64,000 nt of DNA from Gammaproteobacteria bacterium (lineage in GTDB: Bacteria > Pseudomonadota > Gammaproteobacteria > Eutrophobiales > Eutrophobiaceae): the NCBI GenBank assembly GCA_965215365.1, contig CBDCDS010000003.1, forward strand, positions 864,001 to 928,000, given 5' to 3'. A program made the position numbers and the translations under genes. Below are positions 1-11,735 of this stretch, one piece after another. The notes below the pieces were generated by a model. That model did no database searches. It saw only the letters and a list, made by a program, of their open reading frames with translations, and had not been told where the DNA came from. The stretch's first letter is position 1. Each line of letters starts with the position of its first letter.

Positions 1-393
1 AATGACACCTTGCGTGGCAATGCCGACAACGACACCCTGAACGGCGGGGCGGGGGACGACACGCTCCACGGCGGCCCCGGGAATGACCGCCTCAACGGCG
101 GGGCGGGCACTGACACCCTCACCGGCGGGGACGGCGATGACACCTTCATCTTCGCCCCCGGCGCCGGCAGCGATACCATCACCGACTTTGAGCGCGGACA
201 AGACCGTATTGACCTGAGCGCCTTTACCGGGCTGACCACGCTAGCCGATTTGACCCAGACCCCCGACCCGCAAGGACTGCGCCTGAGCGTCCCCGGCTAT
301 CCCGACGATAGCCTCACCCTCGCCGGTGTGAGCGCCGACCTGCTCACCGACGCCGATGTTATCCTCGCCGGGGACGACGCGCTGATAAGCTGA
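1..393 (+). CDS. C-terminal part of an RTX/hemolysin-type calcium-binding repeat protein (5' end outside window)
   Basis: Tandem GGxGxDxLx nonapeptides followed by a DTITDFERGQDRIDLS-type C-terminal region; frame is open from base 1. Confidence 0.9.
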   Translation, partial: NDTLRGNADNDTLNGGAGDDTLHGGPGNDRLNGGAGTDTLTGGDGDDTFIFAPGAGSDTITDFERGQDRIDLSAFTGLTTLADLTQTPDPQGLRLSVPGYPDDSLTLAGVSADLLTDADVILAGDDALIS

Positions 394-399
394 GCGACC

Positions 400-520
400 G
401 CTGCACCCTCACTGGTCTTGCCCTGCCTACGGGCAAGTGCTTTCTCGATCATAGCTACCGCTATGCTCATCGTCGCAGATGCCCGCAGGCAGGACCAATC
501 CGGCGCGATCTTCCTCACTT
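400..520 (-). repeat. Degenerate partial copy of MITE family A (reverse orientation)
   Basis: catagctaccgctatg...cccgcaggcaggaccaatccggcgcgatcttc matches the reverse complement of about 39590-39700. Confidence 0.7.
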
Positions 521-664
521 GTCGATCATCACCGTCACCACTGACCGCACGGGCCAGTGTGGCAGGAACGGGCGCCGTGACGGGGGCGGCGGACCGGACC
601 TCGGCCTTCTGTCGAATCCGGCCGATCCGGAGAACGCCCAGACGGCGGACTGAATGCTCCCTTG

Positions 665-1059
665 TCAATCATACAAAAACCCTGCATAGACAAATGCGCC
701 ACTGATGCTTTCACGGTCGGTTTTCGATACGCCTGCTCTGTGGGCCGCGCCTTGCCAGGTATTCGCGATTTGTTCCCGCATATCATCTAGGAGTCTGGTC
801 GCGGCAGCTTTATCAAGCAAAAAGCGGTTTGCTTGGGACAACAGGTTTGCTGCATTGGCGTGGCGGCCTTGGTCCCCGCAAATCAGCGCCAGGTCGCGCC
901 GCTCAATACTGATCGGTGTGAAAGGTGTCAGGTCATAGGCGGGGGATAGCTGCCAATCATGCTCCCTAGCGATGACGGCGTGGTTGCGCGGATGGTCATC
1001 GATGTTCGATATTAACGCATTGAAACACATGCGCCGGAACAGTTCCGTTCAGAAATCAT
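665..1059 (-). pseudogene. hipA: HipA-family kinase toxin with a large internal deletion (C-terminal third only)
   Basis: ELFRRMCFNALISNIDDHPRNH...LSPAYD catalytic region directly follows an ATG that overlaps the end of the HTH gene and is out of frame with it. Confidence 0.8.
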
Positions 1060-1390
1060 TGTCCAACTTTCTTGCGTGGCGGGCGCGTTCGCGCGCGTTC
1101 TCACTCAGGCCGGCAAGGCCGGTGGTGTCTGAGCTGGGGTCTGCCAGTTCTACTGCGGGTTCCAGCAAGTCATACGCCCATAGCAGGGCAACATAGACGC
1201 CGACTCCGGTTGCAACCTTACCTTGTTCGGCGGCACGGACGGCGCGCACTCCTGCACCGATTTTTGCTGCCACCTGTTCTAGGGTGAGGTTGCGTCGCAA
1301 ACGCGCGGCGCGCAGGTTGGCGCCAATCCGCTTGATGGTCTGCTCAACCGGGTAAGGCGGGGACGCCGTCAGTGTGTTTTGCATTGGCAT
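1049..1390 (-). CDS. XRE-family HTH protein, HipB-like antitoxin
   Basis: LRAARLRRNLTLEQVAAKIG HTH; lies directly upstream of the hipA remnant. Confidence 0.8.
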   Translation of the reverse strand: MPMQNTLTASPPYPVEQTIKRIGANLRAARLRRNLTLEQVAAKIGAGVRAVRAAEQGKVATGVGVYVALLWAYDLLEPAVELADPSSDTTGLAGLSENARERARHARKLDNDF

Positions 1391-1699
1391 AGTATCTTAA
1401 TAGCATTTTATGTTTTTTAATTTGCTTTTGAAAGCATAAATTTAATTGTCTGGTATTGCAAGAGTCCCGCTAATCAGGTTCAGCAAGACCTTTATTTGGA
1501 AAACAAAATCAGCCGAGTGGCAAATGAGTCCCGTAATTTCAAACACTCAGCCAGTTTGAATGGTACAATCGACGCTCAACTTTTGTCTCGAAAATCTTGC
1601 TCAAGGATTAAGTGGTCGCCTATTGTATTTTTGAAAATTCGATATTAAGGATTCCCTGTTAACCTTCGCCTTAATTACACAATTACGCCTCACTTAGAA

Positions 1700-3091
1700 A
1701 TGCCGATGACCGAATCCACACCCACTAAAGATATTTGTGGTACACCGTATAGTTTTGAAGAATCCCAGAAACCGCTTCTGGAGAAATTGTCAGAGCGTGT
1801 GCGGGATATGAGAAAAGCGGGAAAGCTGACTTCGGAGGTGCTTGGTAATATAAGAAAACACTTCAGGATAAAGAGTATCTATCATTCAAATGCAATCGAG
1901 GGTAATAATTTGGATGTTGGAGAGACTAGGCAAGTGGTCGAGTACGGGCTGACAATAACAGGCAAACCTCTTAAAGATCAAGCAGAAGCAAAGAATTTGA
2001 AGGACGCATTGGATTTTTTGGAGGAATTGGCGGGTTCATCAAATAATCCAATTACTGAAACTGATATTAGACAAATTCACAATTTAGTGCTGAAAGACAT
2101 AGACAATGATAACGCAGGACAGTATCGAAGCGTTTCGGTAGAAATTAGTGGCTCTGAATTTATACCTCCTCCGCCGGAATCAGTGCCGCCACAAATGAAC
2201 GAATTTGGAAATTGGTTATCATCGGTTTCGTCTGTAACTGAGAACTATGGATGGCTCGATGCGGTGCTTTATGCCGCAGTTGCTCATACTTGGTTTGTAT
2301 CTATTCACCCTTTTATCGATGGGAACGGAAGAGTAGCCAGACTGATCATGAACCTCATGTTAATGAGATATGGTTACCCCATAGCCATTATCACAAAAGA
2401 TGACAGACTGAGATATTACGATGCTCTGGAAATTTCTCAAAGCTCGGACTTGTCACCATTTATCGCTCTTGTCACAGAATGTATAAACGAAAGTCTGGAG
2501 GAGTATGAGGAAGCAGCCAAAAAGCAGATCGAAAAAATAGAGTGGGCGACAGCACTGGCCTCCAGATTTTCACAGTCAGAGCATGTTCGGATAAAAAACG
2601 ACTATGAAGTGTGGAGAAGTGCAATGGAATTGCTGAGAAGCTATTTCCGACAATCTGCAGAATTAGTTAATGAAGCCACTCCTCTGGCAAGTGTCCATTT
2701 TAGAGATTTCGGCGTATTGGAATATGAAAAATATCTCAGCCTCAGGGTGGGGGAATCCGCCAAGAAAACATGGTTTTTCAAAGTGGATTTCAAGAGTGGA
2801 GACAAATCAGCCCGCTACCTTTTCTTTTTCGGTTCGCCAACCAAGTATCTGAAAGGCAAATCTGACGTCACGCTTCATTTATGTCGTGAGGAACCTCCGG
2901 GCTCATTTAATTACGAAAAATTGGACCATATCGGGGCTCCAAACATCCCAAACATCGTTGAGATTGGATACCATGCTCGCGGTGAAAATTTTGTTTCAAG
3001 AGCAAAATCCAGACAGGGCAAAATAGATAAGATTGAAAAAATCGGGCAACGCTTTTTTGATGACGTAATATCGCTCCACTTCCAGTCGTGA
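1700..3091 (+). CDS. Fic-family protein (class II) with a C-terminal extension of unknown function
   Basis: HPFIDGNGRVAR catalytic motif; SNAIEGN autoinhibitory motif. Confidence 0.9.
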   Translation: MPMTESTPTKDICGTPYSFEESQKPLLEKLSERVRDMRKAGKLTSEVLGNIRKHFRIKSIYHSNAIEGNNLDVGETRQVVEYGLTITGKPLKDQAEAKNLKDALDFLEELAGSSNNPITETDIRQIHNLVLKDIDNDNAGQYRSVSVEISGSEFIPPPPESVPPQMNEFGNWLSSVSSVTENYGWLDAVLYAAVAHTWFVSIHPFIDGNGRVARLIMNLMLMRYGYPIAIITKDDRLRYYDALEISQSSDLSPFIALVTECINESLEEYEEAAKKQIEKIEWATALASRFSQSEHVRIKNDYEVWRSAMELLRSYFRQSAELVNEATPLASVHFRDFGVLEYEKYLSLRVGESAKKTWFFKVDFKSGDKSARYLFFFGSPTKYLKGKSDVTLHLCREEPPGSFNYEKLDHIGAPNIPNIVEIGYHARGENFVSRAKSRQGKIDKIEKIGQRFFDDVISLHFQS

Positions 3092-3120
3092 CCGTGTTTA
3101 CACCTACATAATTCACTACC

Positions 3121-3792
3121 GTGCCCGATTACCTCATTGCGCCGTCGATACTCGCCGCCGACATGGCCCGCTTAGGGCAGGAAGTGGCGGCTGTGCTCGA
3201 CGCGGGCGCGGATTATATTCACGTGGATGTGATGGATAACCATTACGTGCCGAATCTGACGTTTGGTCCGGTGGTGGTGCGGGCGCTGCGGGATTACGGC
3301 ATTACTGCGCCCATGGATGTGCACCTGATGCTCGAGCCGGTGGACCGGATCATCCCGGAGTTTGCCGCCGCCGGGGCCGACATTATCACCTTCCACCCGG
3401 AGGCCAGTCGTCATGTGGACCGCAGCCTGCAACTGATCCGCGACCAGGGTTGTCGCGCCGGCCTGGTATTCAACCCGGCGACGCCCCTGGATACTATCCC
3501 GCACGTTATCGACAAGCTGGATATGATATTGATCATGTCCGTCAACCCCGGCTTTGGTGGCCAGAGTTTCATTCCTGCGGCGCTGGACAAGTTGCGAGCG
3601 GCGCGGGCACTCATCGAGGCGTCAGGCCGGGACATCCGGCTGGAGATCGACGGCGGTGTGAACGCGGATAACATCGCCACCATTGCTGCGGCTGGCGCGG
3701 ATACGTTTGTCGCAGGTTCGGCGATTTTCGGCAGTGGTGATTACGCCGGCGCCATTGCGGCAATGAGAACGGCATTGACCGCTGCGGGGTGA
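3121..3792 (+). CDS. rpe: Ribulose-phosphate 3-epimerase
   Basis: [36 protein letters not shown] motifs. Confidence 0.97.
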   Translation: MPDYLIAPSILAADMARLGQEVAAVLDAGADYIHVDVMDNHYVPNLTFGPVVVRALRDYGITAPMDVHLMLEPVDRIIPEFAAAGADIITFHPEASRHVDRSLQLIRDQGCRAGLVFNPATPLDTIPHVIDKLDMILIMSVNPGFGGQSFIPAALDKLRAARALIEASGRDIRLEIDGGVNADNIATIAAAGADTFVAGSAIFGSGDYAGAIAAMRTALTAAG

Positions 3793-3865
3793 CAACGCCA
3801 TGCTGTTGCTGTTCGACCATTACCACTCCTCCCCGGCGCTTATGCCCGGATGCAGGTAGCCAATC

Positions 3866-4446
3866 ATGCTGTTAATGATCGACAATTACGATTCGTTCAC
3901 TTACAACCTGGTGCAATACTTCGGTGAGCTGGGTCAGGAGGTGGAGGTATATCGCAACGATCAGGTCACCTTGGAACAGATTCGAGCGCTGGCGCCGGAA
4001 TATATCGTGATCTCCCCCGGGCCCTGTACACCCAACGAAGCCGGGATCTCGGTTGACGTGATCAACGGGTTTATGGATAAAATCCCGATCTTGGGGGTGT
4101 GCTTGGGGCATCAGAGCATCGGCCAGGCGCTGGGCGGACGCATCGTTCATGCCGGCCGCATCATGCACGGCAAGACCTCTGACATCCACCATCGCAATAC
4201 CGATGTGTTCGCCGGCCTAGAAAGCCCGTTCGTGGCGACCCGTTACCATTCCCTAGTCATCGAACAGGACTCGCTGCCGGACTGTCTGGAAGTCACCGCC
4301 TGGACCTGCTCACAAGACGGGGACATGGATGAAATCATGGGAGTCAGGCACAAGGACTACCCCGTTTACGGCGTGCAGTTCCATCCCGAGTCGATACTGA
4401 CCACTTTCGGCCATCACCTGCTCAGGAACTTCCTGCAGTTGCACTG

Positions 4447-4447
<1 letters not shown>
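3866..4447 (+). CDS. trpG: Anthranilate synthase component II (glutamine amidotransferase)
   Basis: [23 protein letters not shown] motifs; precedes trpD and trpC. Confidence 0.95.
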
Positions 4448-5469
<1,022 letters not shown>

Positions 5470-5482
5470 ACGGGAATTTATT

Positions 5483-6277
5483 TTGCGCGCAGCCGACATT
5501 CTGGCAACCATTCTGGCCGGCAAGCGCGAATGGATTGCCGCCCGACAAGCCGCCGTGCCGTTGGCGCAGCTGCAGCGTCAGGCCGCGGCCGCCGCACCCT
5601 GTCGGGGGTTTTATCAGGCGTTGCGCAAGCCCATTGACCGCGGCCAACCTGCAATCATTGCCGAGCTTAAAAAGGCCTCGCCCAGTAAAGGCGTGATCCG
5701 CCCGCACTTCGACCCGGCTGCACTGGCCGGCACCTATACACAAGCCGGGGCCGCCTGCCTGTCGGTGCTGACCGATGAGAAATTTTTCCAGGGCGCCGAC
5801 GCGCACCTGCAACAGGCTCGGGCGGCCACCCACCTGCCGGTACTGCGCAAGGACTTCATCATCGACCCGTATCAGGTCTATGAGTCCCGGGCCATCGGCG
5901 CCGATTGTATCCTGCTGATTGTAGCCGCCCTGGAGGACTTGCTCATGCAGGAACTGGCGGCGCTGGCCGGCGAGTGTGGCCTGGAGGTGCTGGTAGAAGT
6001 GCATAACCGCGAGGAACTGGAGCGGGCACTGCTGCTGCGCACACCCCTGGTTGGCATCAACAACCGTAACCTGCATACCTTCGAGACCTCCCTGCAAACC
6101 ACCTTGGACCTGTTGCCGGACATGTTCCCCGATCGCACCGTAGTGACCGAAAGCGGCATCCACAGCCGCACGCAGGTCGAACTGATGCGCAACAATGACG
6201 TGCACGCCTTTTTAATTGGAGAGTCCCTGTTGCGCGCAGAAGACCCCGGGGTGGCGCTGCGCGCGTTGCTGGAGTGA
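5483..6277 (+). CDS. trpC: Indole-3-glycerol phosphate synthase
   Basis: [29 protein letters not shown] motifs. Confidence 0.96.
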   Translation: MRAADILATILAGKREWIAARQAAVPLAQLQRQAAAAAPCRGFYQALRKPIDRGQPAIIAELKKASPSKGVIRPHFDPAALAGTYTQAGAACLSVLTDEKFFQGADAHLQQARAATHLPVLRKDFIIDPYQVYESRAIGADCILLIVAALEDLLMQELAALAGECGLEVLVEVHNREELERALLLRTPLVGINNRNLHTFETSLQTTLDLLPDMFPDRTVVTESGIHSRTQVELMRNNDVHAFLIGESLLRAEDPGVALRALLE

Positions 6278-6350
6278 TAGATCATCTACCTCTAAAAATT
6301 TGTGTAAAATACGTATATTATGCGGATTGCATAGTAAATAGGATTTCCTG

Positions 6351-6611
6351 ATGAATAGCGTAACAATCACTCAACTACAGCGTCATATCGGCAATATTCA
6401 AGACTTAGCTGCAAAAGAACCCGTCTCTATCACCCGAAATGGCCGAGAAAAATATATTTTGCTGTCGGCCGAGGAGTACCAGCGCCTCAAACGTCGCGAC
6501 AGACAGGTCCTGGGCATTGAGGACTTAAGCGAGGACGAGGTCCGTGCTATAGCTGCGGCAAAGGTGCCTGAAGAATACGCTTACCTGAACGACTTGCTCG
6601 GCGAAGAATAA
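6351..6611 (+). CDS. Phd/YefM-family antitoxin
   Basis: 86 aa; EPVSITRNGREKYILLSAEEY is Phd-like. Confidence 0.85.
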   Translation: MNSVTITQLQRHIGNIQDLAAKEPVSITRNGREKYILLSAEEYQRLKRRDRQVLGIEDLSEDEVRAIAAAKVPEEYAYLNDLLGEE

Positions 6612-6624
6612 CCGAAAAACTCGC

Positions 6625-6786
6625 ATGACCCAATTCCCAGACCCATTTCCGGGTCCTGATATCAGACCAATTGGCAGGCAAGGCAATAAAACATACAGTT
6701 ATGGTGTTTTGCCTTCCAGGCTGTTTTCAAAAGTCACGAAAACTATCGTTCGTTCATTGGCAAAAACAGTGAGTCGCAGTGACTGA
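6625..6786 (+). pseudogene. Probable toxin partner of the Phd antitoxin, internally deleted (53 aa)
   Basis: ORF MTQFPDPFPG-PDIRP...YSYGVLPSRLF sits in the toxin position; looks like the two ends of a longer toxin joined (from recollection of the family). Confidence 0.45.
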
Positions 6787-6879
6787 GTCCTGACAGAGGC
6801 ACAGAACGCGGACTGCCTTCCGCACAGTTAGCTGGGCACTGATCAGGGTTTAGATGGTTCTTCGTGATATATGCGGACT

Positions 6880-8112
6880 TCAAAACAAATCGGTCAGATC
6901 ATTCTCGTCCTCGACTTGGATTGGCTTGGAAGGCTTGGATGACTCCTTTGCCTGCCTCTGTATAGTGAGATTCCCATCCTGTTGGAGTTTTTCAAAACAC
7001 GTACGAAAAAGGATGTTATCGCTGTCCGTTGCGCTGAAATAAATCCACTTCGTTGCCCGGGTAATTCCGACAAACAGCCATTTATCCAGCCTCTCATCTT
7101 CCAGCCAATTTGGAAAACGGTCGAGGTTCAGGCAAGGCATGAACACGGAATCAACAGTGATGCCCTTGGCGCTTGGGTATGCTATCAGTTTTGGGACTGG
7201 GGTACTGAAATCAATACTGCCGTACCTATTGGCTACTTCTACTTCCAAGCCGGATTCTTGCAGGATATTTGCATAGTTGGAAATTTGGTTTCTGGCGGGA
7301 AACAGGATGGCGATGCGCTCCCCCCTGTCGATTCTGGAACGTAGCGCTTCAACCAGTTTTTTTTGTTCATCTTCATAACTATCTGCGAGGTAGCATAATG
7401 GAGATCGTCGTTCGCCTCTGTCAACAGGTCGATTTTGTTTGATAAATGCCTCTCTTTCCGCCGGATCTCGAATAAAGGAAGCAGCAACCCGCACGATATA
7501 CGGTGAACAACGGTAAGCATCAAGAAGTTGAACATTGCGTTTGTGCAATCCCAACGCAAATAAAATGTTTTTTTCATCCGCCCCATTATCGTACAACTGC
7601 TGTTTGTGATCCATGAATACGGTAACGTGGGCAGCCATTCTGTTGAGCGTTTCATACGCTCGGGTATCCATGTCCTGCCCTTCGTCAACCATAACGAAAT
7701 CATAAAGAGGCAGGGAAACGCGAGGCAGGGATGAAGTCACGCTTTCCCATACCGCCTGCCGAATAGCGTCGAAGTCGGGCCTGTTTTCCTTGCGGGGTAA
7801 AGGTTTATTGATATGTTTCTCATGGAAATCTTTAAACCAACTGTCAAACGTGGTGACACAGTTATCTGGAAGACCAAGATCACGTAACGCAGAGCGGATA
7901 TAGCCCTTCAGCACTTTTGTGTATACAAGGATCCGGTAGCGTTTATCAGGCGATCCGTATTCATCAATCAAATGTCGCGCGCGATGCAACAATACCAAGG
8001 TCTTGCCGGACCCCGGCGACCCTACGACCACGCGATGTTCCCTGGGATTTAATTCAACCGTACGGAGCTGGGCCGGGGTAAGTTCATTTCGAGGAATCAG
8101 CCAACTCATCAC
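6880..8112 (-). CDS. Compact superfamily-1 (UvrD-like) helicase
   Basis: GSPGSGKT, VMVDEGQD, AYRCS, SAKGITVDSV, LFVGITRA motifs. Confidence 0.88.
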   Translation of the reverse strand: MMSWLIPRNELTPAQLRTVELNPREHRVVVGSPGSGKTLVLLHRARHLIDEYGSPDKRYRILVYTKVLKGYIRSALRDLGLPDNCVTTFDSWFKDFHEKHINKPLPRKENRPDFDAIRQAVWESVTSSLPRVSLPLYDFVMVDEGQDMDTRAYETLNRMAAHVTVFMDHKQQLYDNGADEKNILFALGLHKRNVQLLDAYRCSPYIVRVAASFIRDPAEREAFIKQNRPVDRGERRSPLCYLADSYEDEQKKLVEALRSRIDRGERIAILFPARNQISNYANILQESGLEVEVANRYGSIDFSTPVPKLIAYPSAKGITVDSVFMPCLNLDRFPNWLEDERLDKWLFVGITRATKWIYFSATDSDNILFRTCFEKLQQDGNLTIQRQAKESSKPSKPIQVEDENDLTDLF

Positions 8113-8650
8113 CCAACCTTCGTGATCCCACCAGCCTTGTCAGGCAGATGCCCAACTTCTGATGTTGTTCCTGTTGTTGTTTTTCGTCTGTTCTGTTCAA
8201 CTTCTGCCTGCCGGATACGGTCTTTGTCTCCGGCCAATTTAGCACCGTGCCGATACCAGCTCAGTTCCCAATCACACAGTTCGGACGGTGTATCATAATC
8301 TTCAAAGGCTTCGGCAAGTAACGCATCACGTTGTTCTGTCTGTCCAAGTCTGTCAGCGAGGCGGGCTTTGAGCACAAGATAGGAGGGCTCTCGTTCCACA
8401 GCAATTGCCTCATCAATGGTTTGCATGGCTGTTTGAAATTCTCCCTGTCCATCTTGAGACAGGGCAAGATTAAACAGTGAACCTGAGTGAGGGGAGTTTC
8501 TGGCAGCTTCCCGGTAAAACTTTTCTTCTCGTTTATAGTCCCGCATTTCACCGCTGATAGTTCCCATACGGTTGAGAATTTCTGCATCCTTGCACTGTCT
8601 GTTCAGTTCGGACAGATAATACAATGCTTTTTCATAATTACCCAGATTTT

Positions 8651-9782
8651 TGTCCAGGTTCAATACATATGAGACTCAGAGGCAGGCTGTGTGAGTTGTT
8701 GATAATACTCCATTGGGGTTAATAAACCAATACCGTCATGCGGGCGGTAGGTATTGTAGTATTGCTGATACTCTGCCAGTTTGCGGTTGATGGCGGCCAC
8801 GGTCAGTGGGCCCTCGTAGAACGGATAGAACTCATAGCGGCTGGTGGCATTGGCGCGTTCTACACAGCCGTTGTATTCGGGTTTTTTCGGGGGCAGCACG
8901 TACAGGGGGATTCCTAAGTCCTGGCAAGCCTGCTCGAACTCATCTCGGAACTCCGAGCCGCCATCGACCTGGATAGAACGGATGGGAAACGGCGCCTCAC
9001 CGAGCAGCGCTTTTAAGAAGCGCCGGGCATTGCCACTGGTGGCCCGACTGTAGGCTCGCAGCGCACTCCATTTGCTCACCGGACAGACGGCCTTGAACTC
9101 CTTCACCGTGATGCCGTCCGTGAAGCCGACACTCATGTGGTCTATCTGCATCAACTCCCCTGGCGCCTTAGCCTTCATCCCGTAGCGCCAGCGCTTGGCA
9201 TGATGGGTAAACGCCCGGCGGCGCTTAGGCTTCACCCGGCCATAGTAAAACGCCACCGGCTTGACCCGACCCAGCCGCACCAGCTTCGCCACGATGCGCC
9301 CGACCGTACTCTCGCTCAAAGTCCAGCCCTGCTCGCGCACCCCCACCCGCCAGAGCTTACGCTTACCCCATAACGGATAACGTTGGCGAAGGTGCAAGAC
9401 CTGCTGCTCGTGCTGGCGCGTCCATTGCGGCACACGCCGCCGCCGCGGCGCACGAGAGCCACACCCCAGACCCTTCAGCCCATGTTCACGATACCGCTTC
9501 AACCAACGGTAGTAGGTCGCCCTCGACCCACCTACTGCTGCCAGTGCCGTCGCCTCACCACACCCATCCTCGCGTAACGTCGCAACCAATTCCAACTGCT
9601 TCAAACGACCGCGCGCGTCAGCATCGGTAGTATCATCGACGCGCCAACTGCGATATGATTTCACCCGCAGGCTTTTGATCTGCATCGGGTAGTCCTCCTG
9701 TGTCAATTAGTTGAGATTAATTCACACACAGACTACCCGATTTCTTTATCTAAAGAGTCTCACTTGTTTCTGAACCCGGACA
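8651..9782 (-). mobile_element. IS481-family insertion sequence, complete copy 1
   Basis: Ends TGTCCAGGTTCA...TGAACCCGGACA; 6-bp direct repeat GATTTT at 8645-8650 and 9783-9788. Confidence 0.92.
8660..9706 (-). CDS. IS481-family DDE transposase (HTH + integrase core)
   Basis: GSRATYYRW HTH; QIDH, QVDGGSEF, NGCVERAN, YNTYRPH motifs. Confidence 0.92.
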   Translation of the reverse strand: MTQEDYPMQIKSLRVKSYRSWRVDDTTDADARGRLKQLELVATLREDGCGEATALAAVGGSRATYYRWLKRYREHGLKGLGCGSRAPRRRRVPQWTRQHEQQVLHLRQRYPLWGKRKLWRVGVREQGWTLSESTVGRIVAKLVRLGRVKPVAFYYGRVKPKRRRAFTHHAKRWRYGMKAKAPGELMQIDHMSVGFTDGITVKEFKAVCPVSKWSALRAYSRATSGNARRFLKALLGEAPFPIRSIQVDGGSEFRDEFEQACQDLGIPLYVLPPKKPEYNGCVERANATSRYEFYPFYEGPLTVAAINRKLAEYQQYYNTYRPHDGIGLLTPMEYYQQLTQPASESHMY

Positions 9783-11735
9783 GATTTTTTTCTAACTCGG
9801 CAATCTTTTCAAGTGTTTCCCGTTGCTCCTTCCGGTCCATCGCCCCGGTATGCATCCGTTCTTTCAGTTCAAGAATTTTGTCACGATCAGCGTTGGGGTT
9901 TACGACGTTGGTTAGTGGATTTTCGATCCTTCCCTTAAACTCTGTCTGCTTTGGCTTATGCACCAAATTCAGGTGAACCTCCAACACCTGATTCTCATCC
10001 ATGCGGTACCGCAACTGTATCTGTTCTCCCTTGTTAACGGTTTCATGGATTGGCCAAAGCGCGGACATGAGATTTTTCCCAACCGAATTCAGCAGTTCGA
10101 TCCTGATCGGCTCATTACCCATAAAAATAGTCTTGGGAATGGTAAGGCTGTTATTCTCCTCCCAGCCTTCAGCAGACGGGAAGGGGAGCTTCACACCGGC
10201 GCCAAGCAACTCCACTGGCCCCTTTGATGTTTCAATACTGATACTGTCACTCGCCACTGTCGGCACTATGCCCTGACCGTACAGAGCCAGGGAAAGCGCC
10301 TGCAACGCCGCACCGCGAGCGGCGGCGGTCTGAATATGTTCCGCGTCTTCAAAATACAGGAATTGTGCACTATGGAAGTAACCGGCTACTGCTTCCGCCA
10401 CTTGCGGTATCAGACTGCTGCCACCCACCATCAGGCAGAGGTCAATGTCCCCTTTGTCAAGGCTGGCGCGCTCTAAGGCGTCTTGCAGAGGGGCAAATAT
10501 TGAGCAGGTCGTAAGATAATCGCTCTCTCGGGGATAGAGCAAATCGGGGTCCAGAAAAGGTTCAAGTACCTTGTCAAATTGCACTGCGCTTAGTGTCGGG
10601 CTTCGCAGATGGGTCTCCTTCCCATCAGGAAGGCGGCAGGGATAGGAACTCGGGAGTTTCTGAACCAGACGGGCGCGTTGTTCCTCGTCATAGCGATCAT
10701 GTTTTTTGAGGCGGGTGATTTCCTTGCAAAGACCGATTTTCAGGGACTCCGCTGCGCCTAGCAAAGCAGGGATCAGGAAGTCAGTTTTTGCCCTGTAATC
10801 GATGACATCGGGAGCAATCTCATTCTGAGCCATTAACTGAGGCAACAAAACATCGACTGTAATAGCACGGTCTATATCTCCGCCACCGATTCTGTGATAG
10901 CGGGAGACTGCAAGCGGTGCAATTCTGAACGGCTGACCGGATCCTGTTGGCAAAAGCTGGAATACGGCAACATCGCAAGTGCCGCCACCGAAATCAAATA
11001 CCGCGAGTTTCCGGGGAGATGATACCTTCATCTGTTCTTTGTGGGTCCAGCAATAATCAAGAAACGCGGCGACAGGCTCATCCAGCAGCGCTCCCTCCAT
11101 AATCCTGATTCCAGCAATTTCCGCGGCCTTTCTTGTGTCGACTCTCTGCGCCACTTGAAAAGAGGCAGGAACGGTAACGACAGTGGTTTCAACAGGCATG
11201 GACTCGTCTGTCAAGGCCGCATCCATGAGGGATTTGAGCACATGTCCGCCGATATCACTGGCTGAGCGGAAACCTTCCGGTGCCTTGCGATAGGTGCCTC
11301 GCACTCCTATATCATTCTTGCAGTCCCAGAAAATGTCCTTATTCCGAACTAATCCAAACTCCTTGAGACGAGGATGTAGCTCTCTGGCCCCCTCACCCAC
11401 GTACCATTTACCTTCGTGAAACGCTACGATTGACGGCACCAGAGTATGCGTGTACAACCCCCTCTGGGTTTCCTGCTCCACTTCAATACAACGCGCATCA
11501 GGCAAGGAGCTCTTGCCTGGCTGCATTACGATTTCGGCTATTGCGGAATTTGTCGTGCCCAAGTCAATACCTATGACACGTCGAGGCCTATCCGATGTGC
11601 TGACCTGAGTGTTATCGTGGATAATCAACATTGCGCGACTATAGCACAATTGCCCGGAGATTAGTGTCCAGATCGGGTAACATACCCGGAAGCCTGTTAA
11701 ACATTTATTCGCTTTACCTGTAAGATGAACCCAGG

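Larger units (their letters stand above)
8109..11631 (-). pseudogene. Hsp70-family protein with C-terminal TPR-like repeats (about 794 aa reconstructed), interrupted by IS481
   Basis: GIDLGTTNS, VVTVPASF, LDEPVAA, VFDFGGGTCD, LMVGGSSLIP; removing the IS and one GATTTT copy restores ELEKN-LGNYEKALYY in frame. Confidence 0.88.

Noticed and set aside
9620-9690. Transposase N-terminus MQIKSLRVKSYRS as a captured ABC/SMC ATPase start
   Set aside because: It lies inside the IS ends in both full copies and no Walker A follows; probably coincidental.
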